From the NCBI GenBank assembly GCA_030390025.1, contig CM059438.1:54686001-54750000 (forward strand): a stretch of DNA of 64,000 nt. Reading direction: 5' to 3'. Of this stretch, positions 53,491-64,000 are shown piece by piece (the first letter of the stretch is position 1; each line of letters starts with the position of its first letter). Origin of the DNA: Squalus acanthias. Lineage: Eukaryota. The notes under the pieces are model-generated. The model searched no databases. It saw only the letters and a program-made list of their open reading frames with translations, and was not told the origin of the DNA. A program made the translations under genes and the position numbers.

Positions 53491-56400
53491 CAACAACAAC
53501 AACAACTTGTATTTATCATAGAATCATAGAAAGTTACAGCACAGAAGGAGGCCATTTCAACCCATCGTGTCCGTGCCGGCCAACAAAGAGCTATCCAGCC
53601 TAATCCCACTTCCCAGCTCTCGGTCCGTAGCTCTGCAGTTTACAGCATCCCAAGTGCACATCCAAGTACTTTTTAAATGTGGTTAGGTTTTCCTGCCTCT
53701 ACCACCCTTTCAGGCAGTGAGCTCCAGACCCCCACAACCCTCTGGGTGAAGAAATTTCCCCTGAAATCTCCTCTAAACCTTCCACCAATTACTTTAAATC
53801 TGTGCCCCCTGGTTTTTGACCCCTCTGCTAAGGGAAATAGGTCCTTTCTATCCACTTTATCTATGCCCCTCATAATTTTATACACCTCAATAAGGTCTCC
53901 CCTCAGCCTCCTCTGTTCCAAGGAAAACAGACTCAGCCTATCCAGTCTTTCCTCATAGCTAAGATTCTCTACTCCCGGCAACATCCTTGTAAATCTCCTC
54001 TGTACCCTCTCTAGTGCAATCACATCTTTCCTGTAATGTGGTGACCAGAACTGCACACAGTACTCTAGCTGAGGCCTAACTAGTGTTTTATACAGTTGAA
54101 GCATAACCCCCCTGCTCTTGTATTCTATGCCACGGCTAATAAAGGCAAGCATTCCGTATGCCTTCTTAACCACCTTATCTATCTGGCCTGCTACCTTCAG
54201 GGATCTGTGGACATGCACTCCAAGGTCCCTTTGTTCCTCTACACTACTCAGTGTCCTACCATTTAATGTGTATTCCCTTTCCTTGTTAGCCCTCCCCAAA
54301 TGCATGTCCTCATATTTCTCTGGATTGAATTCCATTTGCCACTGTTCTGCCCACCTGACCAATTTATTGATATCTTCCTGCAGTCTACAGCTTCCTTCTT
54401 CAGTATCAACCACACAGCCGATTTTAGTATCATCTGCAAACTTCTTAATCATACCCCCTATATTCAAGTCTTGATCATTGATATATACCACAAAAAGCAA
54501 GGGACCTACTGAGCCCTGCGGAACCCCACTGGAAACAGCCTTCCAGTCGCAAAAACACCCATCAACCATTACCCTCTGCTTCCTGTCTCCGAGCCAGTTT
54601 TGAATCCAACTTAACACTTTGCCTTGGATCCTATGGGCTTTTAACTTCATGACCAGTCTGCCATGTGGAACCTTATCAAAAGCCTTGCTAAAGTCCATAT
54701 GCAGTACATCAAACACACTACCCTCATCTACCCTCCTTGTTACCTCCTCAAAAAATTCAATCAAGTTTGTAAGACACGGCCTTCCCTTAACAAAGCCGTG
54801 CTGACTATCCTTGATTAATCCGTGTCTTTCTAAATGAAGATTTATCCTGTCCTTCAGAATTCTTTCCAATAATTTTCCCACCACCGAGGTTAGGCTGACT
54901 GGCCTGTAATTACTCGGTCTATCCTTTTCTCCCTTTTTAAACAAGGGTACCACATTAGCAGTCCTCCGGCACCACACCTGAAGCCAGAGAGGATTGGAAA
55001 ATGATGGTCAGGGCCTCTGCAATTTCCTCTTTTGCTTCGCTTAACAGCCTGGGATACATTTCATCCGGGCCTGTGGATTTATCCACTTTTAAAGCTGCTA
55101 AATCCTTTAATACTTCCTCTCTCACTATGTTTATTTCATCTAATATTTCACACTCCTCCCCCCGATAGCAATGTCTGCTTCCCCCCTCTCCTTTGTGAAA
55201 ACAGACGCAAAGTATTCATTAAGAACCCTACCGACGTCTCCTGCCTCCACACACAGATTACCCTCATGATCTCTAATAGGCCCTACCCTTTCTTTAGTTA
55301 TCCTCTTACTCTTAATATATTTATAAAACATCTTTGGGTTTTCCTTGATTTTACGTGCCAAGAATTTTTCATGCTCTCTCTTTGCTTTCCTAATATCCTT
55401 TTTAATTGCACCCCTGCACTTTCTGTACTCCTCTAAAGATTCTGGAGTATTTAGCCCTCGGTATCTGTCATACGCTTCCCTTTTTTTCTTTATCCTACCC
55501 TGTATGTCTCTAGACATCGAGGGGGCTCTAGATTTGTTAGTCCCACCTTTTTTCTTTAAGGGCACATATTTGGTCTGAACCCTCCGGATCTCCTCCTTGA
55601 ATGCCTCCCACTGCTCGGACACTGATTTACCTTATATAGTGCCTTTAATGTAGTAAAACCTCCCAAGGTGCTTCACAGGAGTATTATAAGACAAAAACAT
55701 TTGACACCGAGCTACATAAGGAGAAATTAGGGCAGGTGACCAAAAGCTTGGTCAAAGAGGTAGGTTTTAAGGAGCGTCTTAAAGGAGGAAAGAGAGGTAG
55801 CGAGGCGGAGAGGTTTAGGGAGGGAATTCCAGAGCTTAGGGCCTAGGCAACAGAAGGCACGGCCACCAATGGTTGAGTGATTATAATCAGGGATGCTCAA
55901 GAGGGCAGAATTAGAGGAGCGCAGATATCTCGGGGAGCTTTGGGGCTGAATGAGATTACAGAGATAGGGACAGGTGAGGCATTGGAGGGATTGAAAACAA
56001 CGATGAAAATTTTGAAATCAATACATTGCTTAAACAGGAGCCAATGTAGATCAGTGAGCACAGGGGTGATGAGCAAACGGGACTTGGTGCAAGTTAGGAC
56101 ATGGCCAGCCGAGTTTTGGATTACCTCAAGTTTACGTAGGGTAGAATGTGGGAGGCCGGCCAGGAGTGCATTGGAATAGTCAAGGCTAGAGGTAACAAAA
56201 GCGTGGAGGAGGGTTTCAGCAGCAGATGAGCTGAGGCAAGGGCGGAGATGGGCGATGTTACGGAGGTGGAAATAGGCGGTCTTAGTTATGCTGCGGATAT
56301 GTGGCCGGAAGCTCATTTCAGGGTCAAATATGACACCAAGGTTGCGAACAATGTGGTTCAGCCTCAGACAGATATTAGGGAGAGGGATGGAGTCAATGGC

Positions 56401-57125
56401 TAGGGAACAGAGTTTGTGGCGGGGACCGAAAATAATGGCTTCAATCTTCCCAATATTTAATTGGAGAAAATTTCTGCTCATCCAGTACTGGATGTTGGAC
56501 AAGCAGTCTGACGATTTAGATACCGTGGAGGGGTCGAGAGAAGTGGTGGTGAGGTAGAGATGGGTATTGTCACCGTACATGTGGAAACTGACGTCGTGTT
56601 TTCGGATGATGTCACCAAGGGCAACATGTAGATGAGAAATAGGATGGGGTCAAGTATAGATCCTTGGGGGACATCAGAGGTAACGATGCAAGAGTGGGAA
56701 GAGAAGCCATTGCAGGTGATTCTCTGGCTACAATTAGATAGATAAGAATGGAACCAGGCGACTGCAGTCCCACCCAGCTGGACGACGGTGGAGAGGCGTT
56801 GGAGAAGGATGGAGTGGTCAATCGTGTCAAAGGCTGCAGACAAGTCAAGAAGGACGAGGAGGGATAGTTTACCTTTGTCATAGTCACAAAGGATGTTATT
56901 TGTGACTTTGATGAGAGCCGTTTCGGTACTGTGGCAAGGGCGGAAGCCTGATTGGAGGGATTCAAACATGGAATTGCGGGAAAGATGGGCATGGATTTGG
57001 GAGACGACAACACGTTCAAGGACTTTGGAGAGGAAAGGGAGGTTGGAGATGGGGCGGTAGTTTGCAAGGACGGAGGGGTCAAGGGTGGGTATTTTTGAGG
57101 AGAGGGTGATCACAGCAGATTTGAG
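53491..57125 (-). mobile_element. L2-clade LINE (RT ORFs 56478-57113, 55897-56580); its tail is split by a CR1
   Basis: NYRPISNLPFLSK, LDLSAAFDTIDH, PQGSIL, YGDNTHLY; (TTG)n tail at 53491-53506. Confidence 0.92.
53517..55631 (-). mobile_element. 5'-truncated CR1 LINE (RT ORF 53673-54977) inserted in the L2 tail
   Basis: CR1 RT motifs, (TTCTATGA)n tail, and TSD TTAT at 53513-53516 and 55632-55635. Confidence 0.93.
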
Positions 57126-57278
57126 GCACTACATTTGCCCTCCATAATATTACACCAGGTCTACAGTGATGAGCAAGCAAGATTTAGGCAGCGTATTAAC
57201 AAGCAGCCACATGAATGAATTAGTCATATCAATTGACCTTATGTTATGGTGCAAGGTCAATCTTTTACTTGCACTCAC

Positions 57279-57354
57279 GTGCAGTGACTGTTGCCATTTT
57301 GTCAGCGAAATTCACTGGGGAATAGATCAGTTTTATATCCACTGTAAGGTCACC
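57279..57354 (-). CDS. Host gene exon A (76 nt, phase 0-1): GDLTVDIKLIYSPVNFADKMATVTA
   Basis: Strong acceptor ctttccctcacAG, strong donor CAC|GTgagt, stop-free, in unique sequence. Confidence 0.75.
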
Positions 57355-57695
57355 CTGTGAGGGAAAGGTTCTTGGTTAACAGAGCTACTCCTACACTTGT
57401 GGCACTGTCCCATCAAACAATCCCAGGGCATGTACAGCACGGGTTAGATCCAGAGTAAAGCTCCCTTTACACTGTCCCATCAAACACTCCCAGGGCAGAT
57501 ACAGCACAGGTTAGATACAGAGTAAAACTCCCTCTACACTGTCCCATCAAACACTCCCAGGGCAGGTACAGCACAGTTTAGATACAGAGTACAGATCCCT
57601 CTCCACTGTCCCATCAAACACTCCCAGGGCAGATACAGCACGGGTTAGATACAGAGTAAAGTTCGCTCTACACTGTCCCATCAAACACTCCCATT

Positions 57696-58421
57696 GAATG
57701 TTCACGTTAAGCTGCACAGCCGTGCAGCGGTCAAGAGGTCCCGCGCAAGCCATTCACTGGCTTTACAAAGGAAATAACTGCGCATGTGCGAAAAATTGAA
57801 TGGCCGCACAGCCAGTTAAAGGGAATATAGGAGTAGGCCACTTAGCCTGTCGAGCCTGTTCCGCCATTCAATGAGATCATGGCTGTTCTGAGACCTAACT
57901 CCATATACCTGCCTTTGGCCCATATCCCTTAATACCTTTGGTTAACAAAAATCTATCAATCTCAGATTTAAAATTAACAATTGATCTAGCATCAATTGCC
58001 ATTTGTGGAAGAGAGTTCTAAACTTCTACCACCCTTTGTGTGTAGAAGTGTTTCCTAATTTCACTCTTGAAAGGTCTGGCTCTAGTCTTTAGACTATGCC
58101 CCTGAGTCCAAGACTCCCCAACCAGCGGAAATAGTTTCTCTCTATCTACCCTATCTGTTCCCCTTAATATCCTGAAAACTTCGATCAGATCACCCCTTAA
58201 CCTTCTAAATTCCAGAGAATATAACGCTAATTTGTATAATTTCTCCTTGTAATTTAACCCTCGGAGTCCGGGTATCATTCTGGTAAATCTACGCTGCACT
58301 CCCTCCAAGGCCATTATATCCTTCCTAAGATGTGGTGCCCAGAACTGCTCACTGTACTCCAGGTGTGGTCTAACCAGGGCTTTGTACCCCTGAGCACCCA
58401 AAAAAATTGCAGGGAACGTTG
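57696..58421. mobile_element. Possible hAT-like non-autonomous element containing a CR1 insertion
   Basis: Degenerate termini GAATGTTCAC / GGGAACGTTG and an imperfect 8-bp flanking duplication CTCCCATT / CTCCCAGG. Confidence 0.35.
57828..58382 (-). mobile_element. CR1 LINE 3' fragment
   Basis: ALVRPHLEYSEQFWAPHLRKD...FYTQRVVEV (ORF 58018-58455) plus 3' UTR. Confidence 0.88.
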
Positions 58422-58688
58422 CTCCCAGGGCTGGTACAGCATGGGTTACATACAAAGTAAAGCTCCCTCTACATTACCCCTTGGAACACTCACAGGGCAG
58501 GTACAGCACATGTTAAATACCAAGTAAAGCTCCATTTACACCGTCCCATCAAACACTCCCAGGGGAGGTACAGCACGGGTTAGATACAGAGTAAAGCTCC
58601 CTCTACACTGTCCCATCAAACACTCCCCAGGGCAGGTACAGCACGGGTTAGATACAGATTAAAGCTTGCTCTACACTCTCTCATCAAA

Positions 58689-60403
58689 AGCAGCGGCAGC
58701 GGCGAGAGGATAAAGAGCGGCCCGAGAGCGGACCTGAATTAAAACAGTGGCAGCGGCGAGAGGATAAAGAGCCACCCGAGAGCGGAGCTGAATTAAAGCA
58801 GTGGCAGCGGCGAGAGGATAAAGAGTGGCCCGAGAGCGGAGCTGAATTAAAGCAGTGGCAGCGGCGAGAGGATAAAGAGCGGCCCGAGAGTGGAGCTGAA
58901 TTAAAGCAGCGGCGAGAGGATAAAGAGCGGCCCGAGAGTGGACCTGAATTAAAGCAGCGGTGAGAGGATAAAGAGCGGCCCGAGAGCGGACCTGAATTAA
59001 AGCAGCGGCGAGAGGATAAAGAGCGGCCCGAGAGCGGAGCTGAATTAAAGCAGTGGCAGCGGCGAGAGGATAAAGAGCGGCCCGAGAGTGGAGCTGAATT
59101 AAAGCAGCGGCGAGAGGATAAAGAGCGGCCCGAGAGCGGACCTGAATTAAAGCAGCAGCAGCGGCGAGAGGATAAAGAGCGGCCCGAGAGTGGAGCTGAA
59201 TTAAAGCAGCGGCGAGAGGATAAAGAGCGGCCCGAGAGTGGACCTGAATTAAAGCAGCGGCGAGAGGATAAAGAGCGGCCCGAGAGTGGAGCTGAATTAA
59301 AGCAGCGGCGAGAGGATAAAGAGCGGCCCGAGAGCGTAGCTGAATTAAAGCAGCGGCGAGAGGATAAAGAGCGGCCCGAGAGTGGACCTGAATTAAAGCA
59401 GCGGCAGCGGCGAGAGGATAAAGAGCGGCCCGAGAGCGGAGCTGAATTAAAGCAGTGGCAGCGGCGAGAGGATAAAGAGCGGCCCGAGAGTGGAGCTGAA
59501 TTAAAAAAGCGGCAGCGGCGAGAGGATAAAGAGCGGCCCGAGAGCGGACCTGAATTAAAGCAGCGGCAGCGGCGAGAGGATAAAGAGCGGCCCGAGAGCG
59601 GACCTGAATTAAAGCAGCGGCAGCGGCGAGAGGATAAAGAGCGGCCCGAGAGCGGACCTGAATTAAAGCAGCGGCGAGAGGATAAAGAGCGGCCCGAGAG
59701 CGGAGCTGAATTAAAGCAGCGGCGAGAGGATAAAGAGCGGCCCGAGAGCGGAGCTGAATTAAAGCAGTGGCAGCGGCGAGAGGATAAAGAGCGGCCCGAG
59801 AGCAGACCTGAATTAAAGCAGTGGCAGCGGCGAGAGGATAAAGAGCGGCCCGAGAGCGGACCTGAATTAAAGCAGTGGCAGCGGCGAGAGGATAAAAAGC
59901 GGCCCGAGAGCGGAGCTGAATTAAAACAGCGGCAGCGGCGAGAGGATAAAGAGCGGCCCGAGAGCGGACCTGAATTAAAGCAGTGACAGCGGCGAGAGGA
60001 TAAAGAGCGGCCCGAGAGCGTAGCTGAATTAAAGCAGCGGCAGCGGCGAGAGGATAAAGAGCGGCCCGAGAGCGTAGCTGAATTAAAGCAGCGGCAGCGG
60101 CGAGAGGATAAAGAGCGGCCCGAGAGCGGAGCTGAATTAAAGCAGCGGCAGCGGCGAGAGGATAAAGAGCGGCCCGAGAGTGGAGCTGAATTAAAGCAGC
60201 GGCAGCGACGAGAGGATAAAAAGCGGCCCGAGAGTGGAGCTGAATTAAAGCAGCGGCAGCGACGAGAGGATAAAGAGCGGCCCGAGAGCGGACCTGAATT
60301 AAAGCAGCGGCGAGAGGATAAAGAGCGGCCCGAGAGCGGAGCTGAATTAAAGCAGCGGTGAGAGGATAAAGAGCGGCCCGAGAGCGGAGCTGAATTAAAG
60401 CGG
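58689..60403. repeat. CpG-rich minisatellite, 48/54-bp units (GCAGCGGCGAGAGGATAAAGAGCGGCCCGAGAGCGGA(C/G)CTGAATTAAA), ~33 copies, at the 5' end of a CR1
   Basis: Directly visible; the 54-bp variant has an extra GCAGYG. Confidence 0.97.
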
Positions 60404-62713
60404 CAAGGCTCCAATTCAGAAACAACCACAAAAAAAATCAGAGTGATGTCACAGGAGAGCAGGTAGGTGATTGGTTGGTGAGTATTACAGCTATTTTTTG
60501 CTCTCTAAGTTAGGGAAGGGGGTTAAATTAAGAGCTGAGAAAGTGTAACTTGCTAGTGCTTATTAAATTAATAACTTAAACTAGATAAAATAATCAAACA
60601 ATAAAACTCAAATATCAAGTGAATAAAAGCTTTAACACTAATTAATTAATAAATAAAGCAAGGTTAGAGATGGCAGGGCAGGTGGGGTGTCATAACTACA
60701 GCATGTGGGAGTTTGTGGAGATCATCGGGATCCTGAGCAACCACATCTGCAGTAAGTGTCAGCAACTCGAGGAACTTCGGCTCAGAATTGTTGAGCTGGA
60801 GTACGAGCTGCAGACATTGCGTTGCATCAGGGAGGGGAAGAGTTACCTGGACACTTTGTTCCAGGAGGCAGTCACACTCTTTAGGTTAAGTAGTACTTTA
60901 GAGTTCGTCAGTAGTCAGGGACAGGAGGGTGTGACTGTGAGTCAGGCAAGTATGGGGACCCAGGATGGAGGAGCCTCAGCCCTTGACCTTGTCCAACAGG
61001 TATGAGGTACTTGCTGCCTGTATGGATACGGAAAAGGACTGCAGGGAGGATGGGCAAACTGACCACGGCACCTTGGCACAGGGGGCCATCCAAGTGGGTG
61101 GAGAAGGAAGGAATGTGGTAGTAGTAGGGGACAATATAGTCAGGGGGATAGATACTGTTCTCTGTAGCCGTGAAAAAGAGTTCCAAAGGCTGTGTTGCCT
61201 GCCCGGTGTCAGGGTTAAGGATATCTCCTTGCAGCTGGAGAAGAACTTGCAGTGGGAGGGGAAGGATCCAGTTGTCATGGTCCATGTAGGAACCAACGAC
61301 ATAGGTAGAACTAAGAATGAGGTTCTGCTGAGGGAGTTTGAGGAGCTAGGGTCTAAATTAATAAGCAGAACCTCAAGGGTAATAATCTCTGGATGACTAC
61401 CTGAGCCACGCGCAAATTGGTGTAGGGTCAAGCAGATCAGAGAGTTAAATGCGTGGCTCAAAGAGTGGTGTGGGAGGAAGGGGTTTCGATTCATGGGGCA
61501 CTGACACCAGTACTGGGGAAAGAGGGAGCTGTTTTGTCAGGATGGGCTCCACTTTAACCGGGCTGGGACCAGCATCCTGGCAAATCAAATAACTAGGGCT
61601 GTAGATAGGGCTTTAAACTAAAAAACTGGGGGGAGGGGAAATTTAGAAATCTAAAGAGAAAGGTCAAGGCAATAGAGCAGTGTAGCGATTTGGGTAAAAA
61701 TAAGCAGAGTGTGACAGGAAGGGACAGAGAGTTTAATGGTAGCAGTGCAGCAGATAATAAGGTCAAAGCAGGGAATAATGGTAAAAAATTTAAATTAAAG
61801 GCTCTTTATCTGAATGCACAAAGCATTCATAACAAGATAGACGAACTAGTGGCACAAATAGAGATAAATGGGTTTGATCTAATAGCCATTACAGAGGCGT
61901 GGTTGCAAGGTGACCAATGTTGGGAACTAAATGTTCCAGGGTACTTGATGTTTCAAATAGACAGGCAGAATGGAAAAGGTCGGGGGTGGGGGAGGCGGGG
62001 TGGGTGTAGCCCTGATAATAAAGGATGACATAAGGATAGTAGAGAGAAAGGATCTCGGCTCGGAAGATCAGGAAGTAGAATCAGTATGGGTGGAGATAAG
62101 GAATAACAAGGGGCAGAAAACACTGGTAGGAGTAGTATATAGGCCCCCTAACAGTAGCTATACCGTTGGACAGAATATTAATCAAGAAATACTAGGAGCT
62201 TGTAACAAAGGTAATGCAATAATCGTGGGAACTTTAATCTTCATATAGACTGGACAAATCAAATTGTCAAAGGTAGTCTGGAGGACGAGTTCATGGAATG
62301 CATTCGGGACAGTTTCCTAGAACAATACGTCATGCAACCAACCAGGGAACAGGCTATTTTAGATCTTGTATTGTGTAATGAGACAGGGTTAATTAGCAAT
62401 CTCATAGTAAAGGATCCTCTGGGGCAGAGTGATAATAACATGATAGAATTTCACATTAAGTTTGAGAGTGACTTGCCTAAGTCTGAATCTAGAGTCTTAA
62501 ACTTAAATAAAGCCAATTACATAGGTATGAGGGGCGAGTTGGCTAAGGTAGATTGGAAAAATAGATTAAAAGGTATGTCGGTAGATAAGCAGTGGCTAGC
62601 ATTTAAAGAAATATCTCATAATTCTCAACAAAAATACATTCCATTGAGAAACAAAAACTCCACGGGATAAGTGATCCATCCGTGGCTAACTAAAGAAGTT
62701 AAAGATAGTATTA
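60404..62713 (+). mobile_element. CR1 LINE 5' half: 5' UTR, ORF1 (Cys-rich/coiled-coil plus SGNH esterase, ~60670-61620) and ORF2 endonuclease (~61790-62713), decayed
   Basis: ICSKCQQLEELRLRIVELE, LSNRYEVL, VVGDNIVR, HVGTNDI; LYLNAQSI, IAITEAW, VYRPPN, ILDLVL. Confidence 0.92.
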
Positions 62714-62811
62714 CGATAGCAAAATACTGCAGATGCTGGAAATCCGAAATAACAACAGAAAACGCTGGAAAAACTCAGCAGGCCAGGCAGCATCCGTGGA
62801 GAGAGAAAGAG

Positions 62812-62848
62812 AGTTGACGTTTCAGGTCGATGACCTTTCATCAGAACT
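62812..62848 (-). ncRNA. Minimal type I hammerhead ribozyme
   Basis: Minus strand reads AGTT CTGATGA A AGGTC atc GACCT GAAA CG TC|AACT: conserved core, 5-bp stem II, stem I AGTT/AACT, vestigial stem III. Confidence 0.85.
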
Positions 62849-63114
62849 GGGAAGAGCTGGAAATCAAATAGATTTAAGGCCAGGGTAAAGCTGGGAAAAG
62901 GGGGAGGGGATAAAGGAACAAAGGAGGAGATGAAGAGACATTAAGAGATATGCAAGGCTAGAGGTGGTGTTAATGTGACAGATTAAGGCTGAATGAAGTG
63001 TGAAATCTACTGGCAGAATGAAGGACAGCTGCCAGCTTCTAGGAGGAAAAAAAAGGTGGGGGGGACAAATAAAAGGGTGGATAAAATAAAATATAAATGT
63101 GATTGGAGCTGAGG

Positions 63115-63950
63115 TTATGATCTAAAATTGTTGAACTCGATATTGAGTCCAGAGGGCTGTAGCGTGCCTAAACGAAAGATGAGGTGCTGTTCCTCGAGCT
63201 TACGCTGAGCTTCCGTGGAGCAGTGTATTAGGCCGAGGACGGTGAGGTCAGAGTGGGAGTGAAGCGGTGAATTAAAGTGACAGGCCACCGGGAGCTCGGG
63301 GTCCCCCTTACGGACTGAACGGAGGTGTTCCGCAAAGCGGTCACCCAATCTGCGTTTGGTCTCCCCAATGTAGAGGAGTCCACATCGTGAGCAGCGAATA
63401 CAGTATACTAAATTGCAGGAAGTACAAGTAAATCGCTGTTTCACCTGGAAGGGGTGTTTGGGGCCCTGGACAGTGGGAAGAGGGGAGGTATAAGGGCATG
63501 TGTTGCATCTCCTGCGCGTGCACGGGAAGGTGCCGGGCGAAGGGGAAGGGGTGCTGGGGGTGGTAGAGGAGTGGACTAGGGTGTCGCGGAGGGAGCGGTC
63601 CCTGCGGAATGCTGAAAGGGGAGGTGAGGGGAAGATGTGTTTGGTGGTGGGATCACGCTGGAGGTGGCGGAAATGGCGGAGGATGATCCGTTGAATGTGG
63701 AGGCTGGTGGGGTGAAAGGTGAGGACAAGGGGAACCCTATCGTGGTTCCGGGAGGGAGGGGCAGGGGTGAGGGCAGATGTGCGGGAGATAGAACGGACAC
63801 GGTCGAGGGCCGTGTCGACCACGGTAGAGGGGAATCCTCGGTTGAGGAAAAAGGAAGACATGTCGGAAGCACTGGTATGGAAGGTGGCATCATCAGAGCA
63901 GATGCGGCGGAGACGGAGAAACTGGGAGAATGGAATAGAGTCCTTACAGG
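63115..63950 (-). CDS. Penelope-like ORF C-terminus: RT thumb/linker plus GIY-YIG endonuclease (5'-truncated)
   Basis: ORF 63115-63861: CTRRRCNTC...NLVYCIRCSRCGLLYIGETKRRLGDRFAEH...PVACHF...EQHLIFRLGTLQPSGLN. Confidence 0.9.
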
Positions 63951-64000
63951 AGGCACCTTCCCGTGCACGCGCAGGAGATGCAACACATGCCCTTATACCT

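Larger units (their letters stand above)
57403..58688. repeat. 67-bp tandem repeat (CACTGTCCCATCAAACACTCCCAGGGCAGGTACAGCACGGGTTAGATACAGAGTAAAGCTCCCTCTA), ~8 copies in two blocks (57403-57695, 58422-58688)
   Basis: Visible 67-bp period (57403, 57470, 57537); the array resumes in register after the insertion. Confidence 0.93.
62714..64000 (-). mobile_element. Penelope-like retroelement 3' part (GIY-YIG endonuclease, 3' UTR/pLTR) with an inverted segment
   Basis: GIY-YIG ORF, hammerhead ribozyme in the 3' region, and an inverted duplication at 63952-64000. Confidence 0.92.

Noticed and set aside
1383..54977. Reverse transcriptases as a retron, DGR or defence system
   Set aside because: All carry CR1 or L2 LINE signatures, with APE endonuclease remnants, tails and TSDs, and all are decayed.
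58671..60431. 586-aa and 581-aa minus-strand ORFs
   Set aside because: Two frames are open only because the 48/54-bp units are multiples of 3 and lack stops; there is no domain or splice support.

Overview
Eukaryotic, repeat-saturated DNA, most likely from a cartilaginous fish (inferred from the Deu-domain SINEs, the 67-bp tandem repeat and the CR1/L2/Penelope/Harbinger mix; not provable here). About 25 kb (3176-28288) is one complex satellite: a constant 29-bp core containing ATTTGCAT plus a variable (AGGAC)n tract. Most of the rest is nested, decayed transposons: CR1 and L2 LINEs, Deu-type SINEs, one full-length Harbinger with related MITEs, and a Penelope-like element carrying a minimal hammerhead ribozyme. 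Three short unique islands hold minus-strand exons (57354-57279, 53455-53347, 35190-34972) with GT-AG sites and compatible phases. They splice into one 134-codon stop-free frame of an unidentified host gene that the ORF track does not assemble. A possible 19-nt fourth exon abuts the satellite, which may itself be an amplified exon/5'-splice-site junction. No CRISPR, rRNA or functional tRNA genes are supported, and ORFs in the tandem arrays are treated as artefacts.
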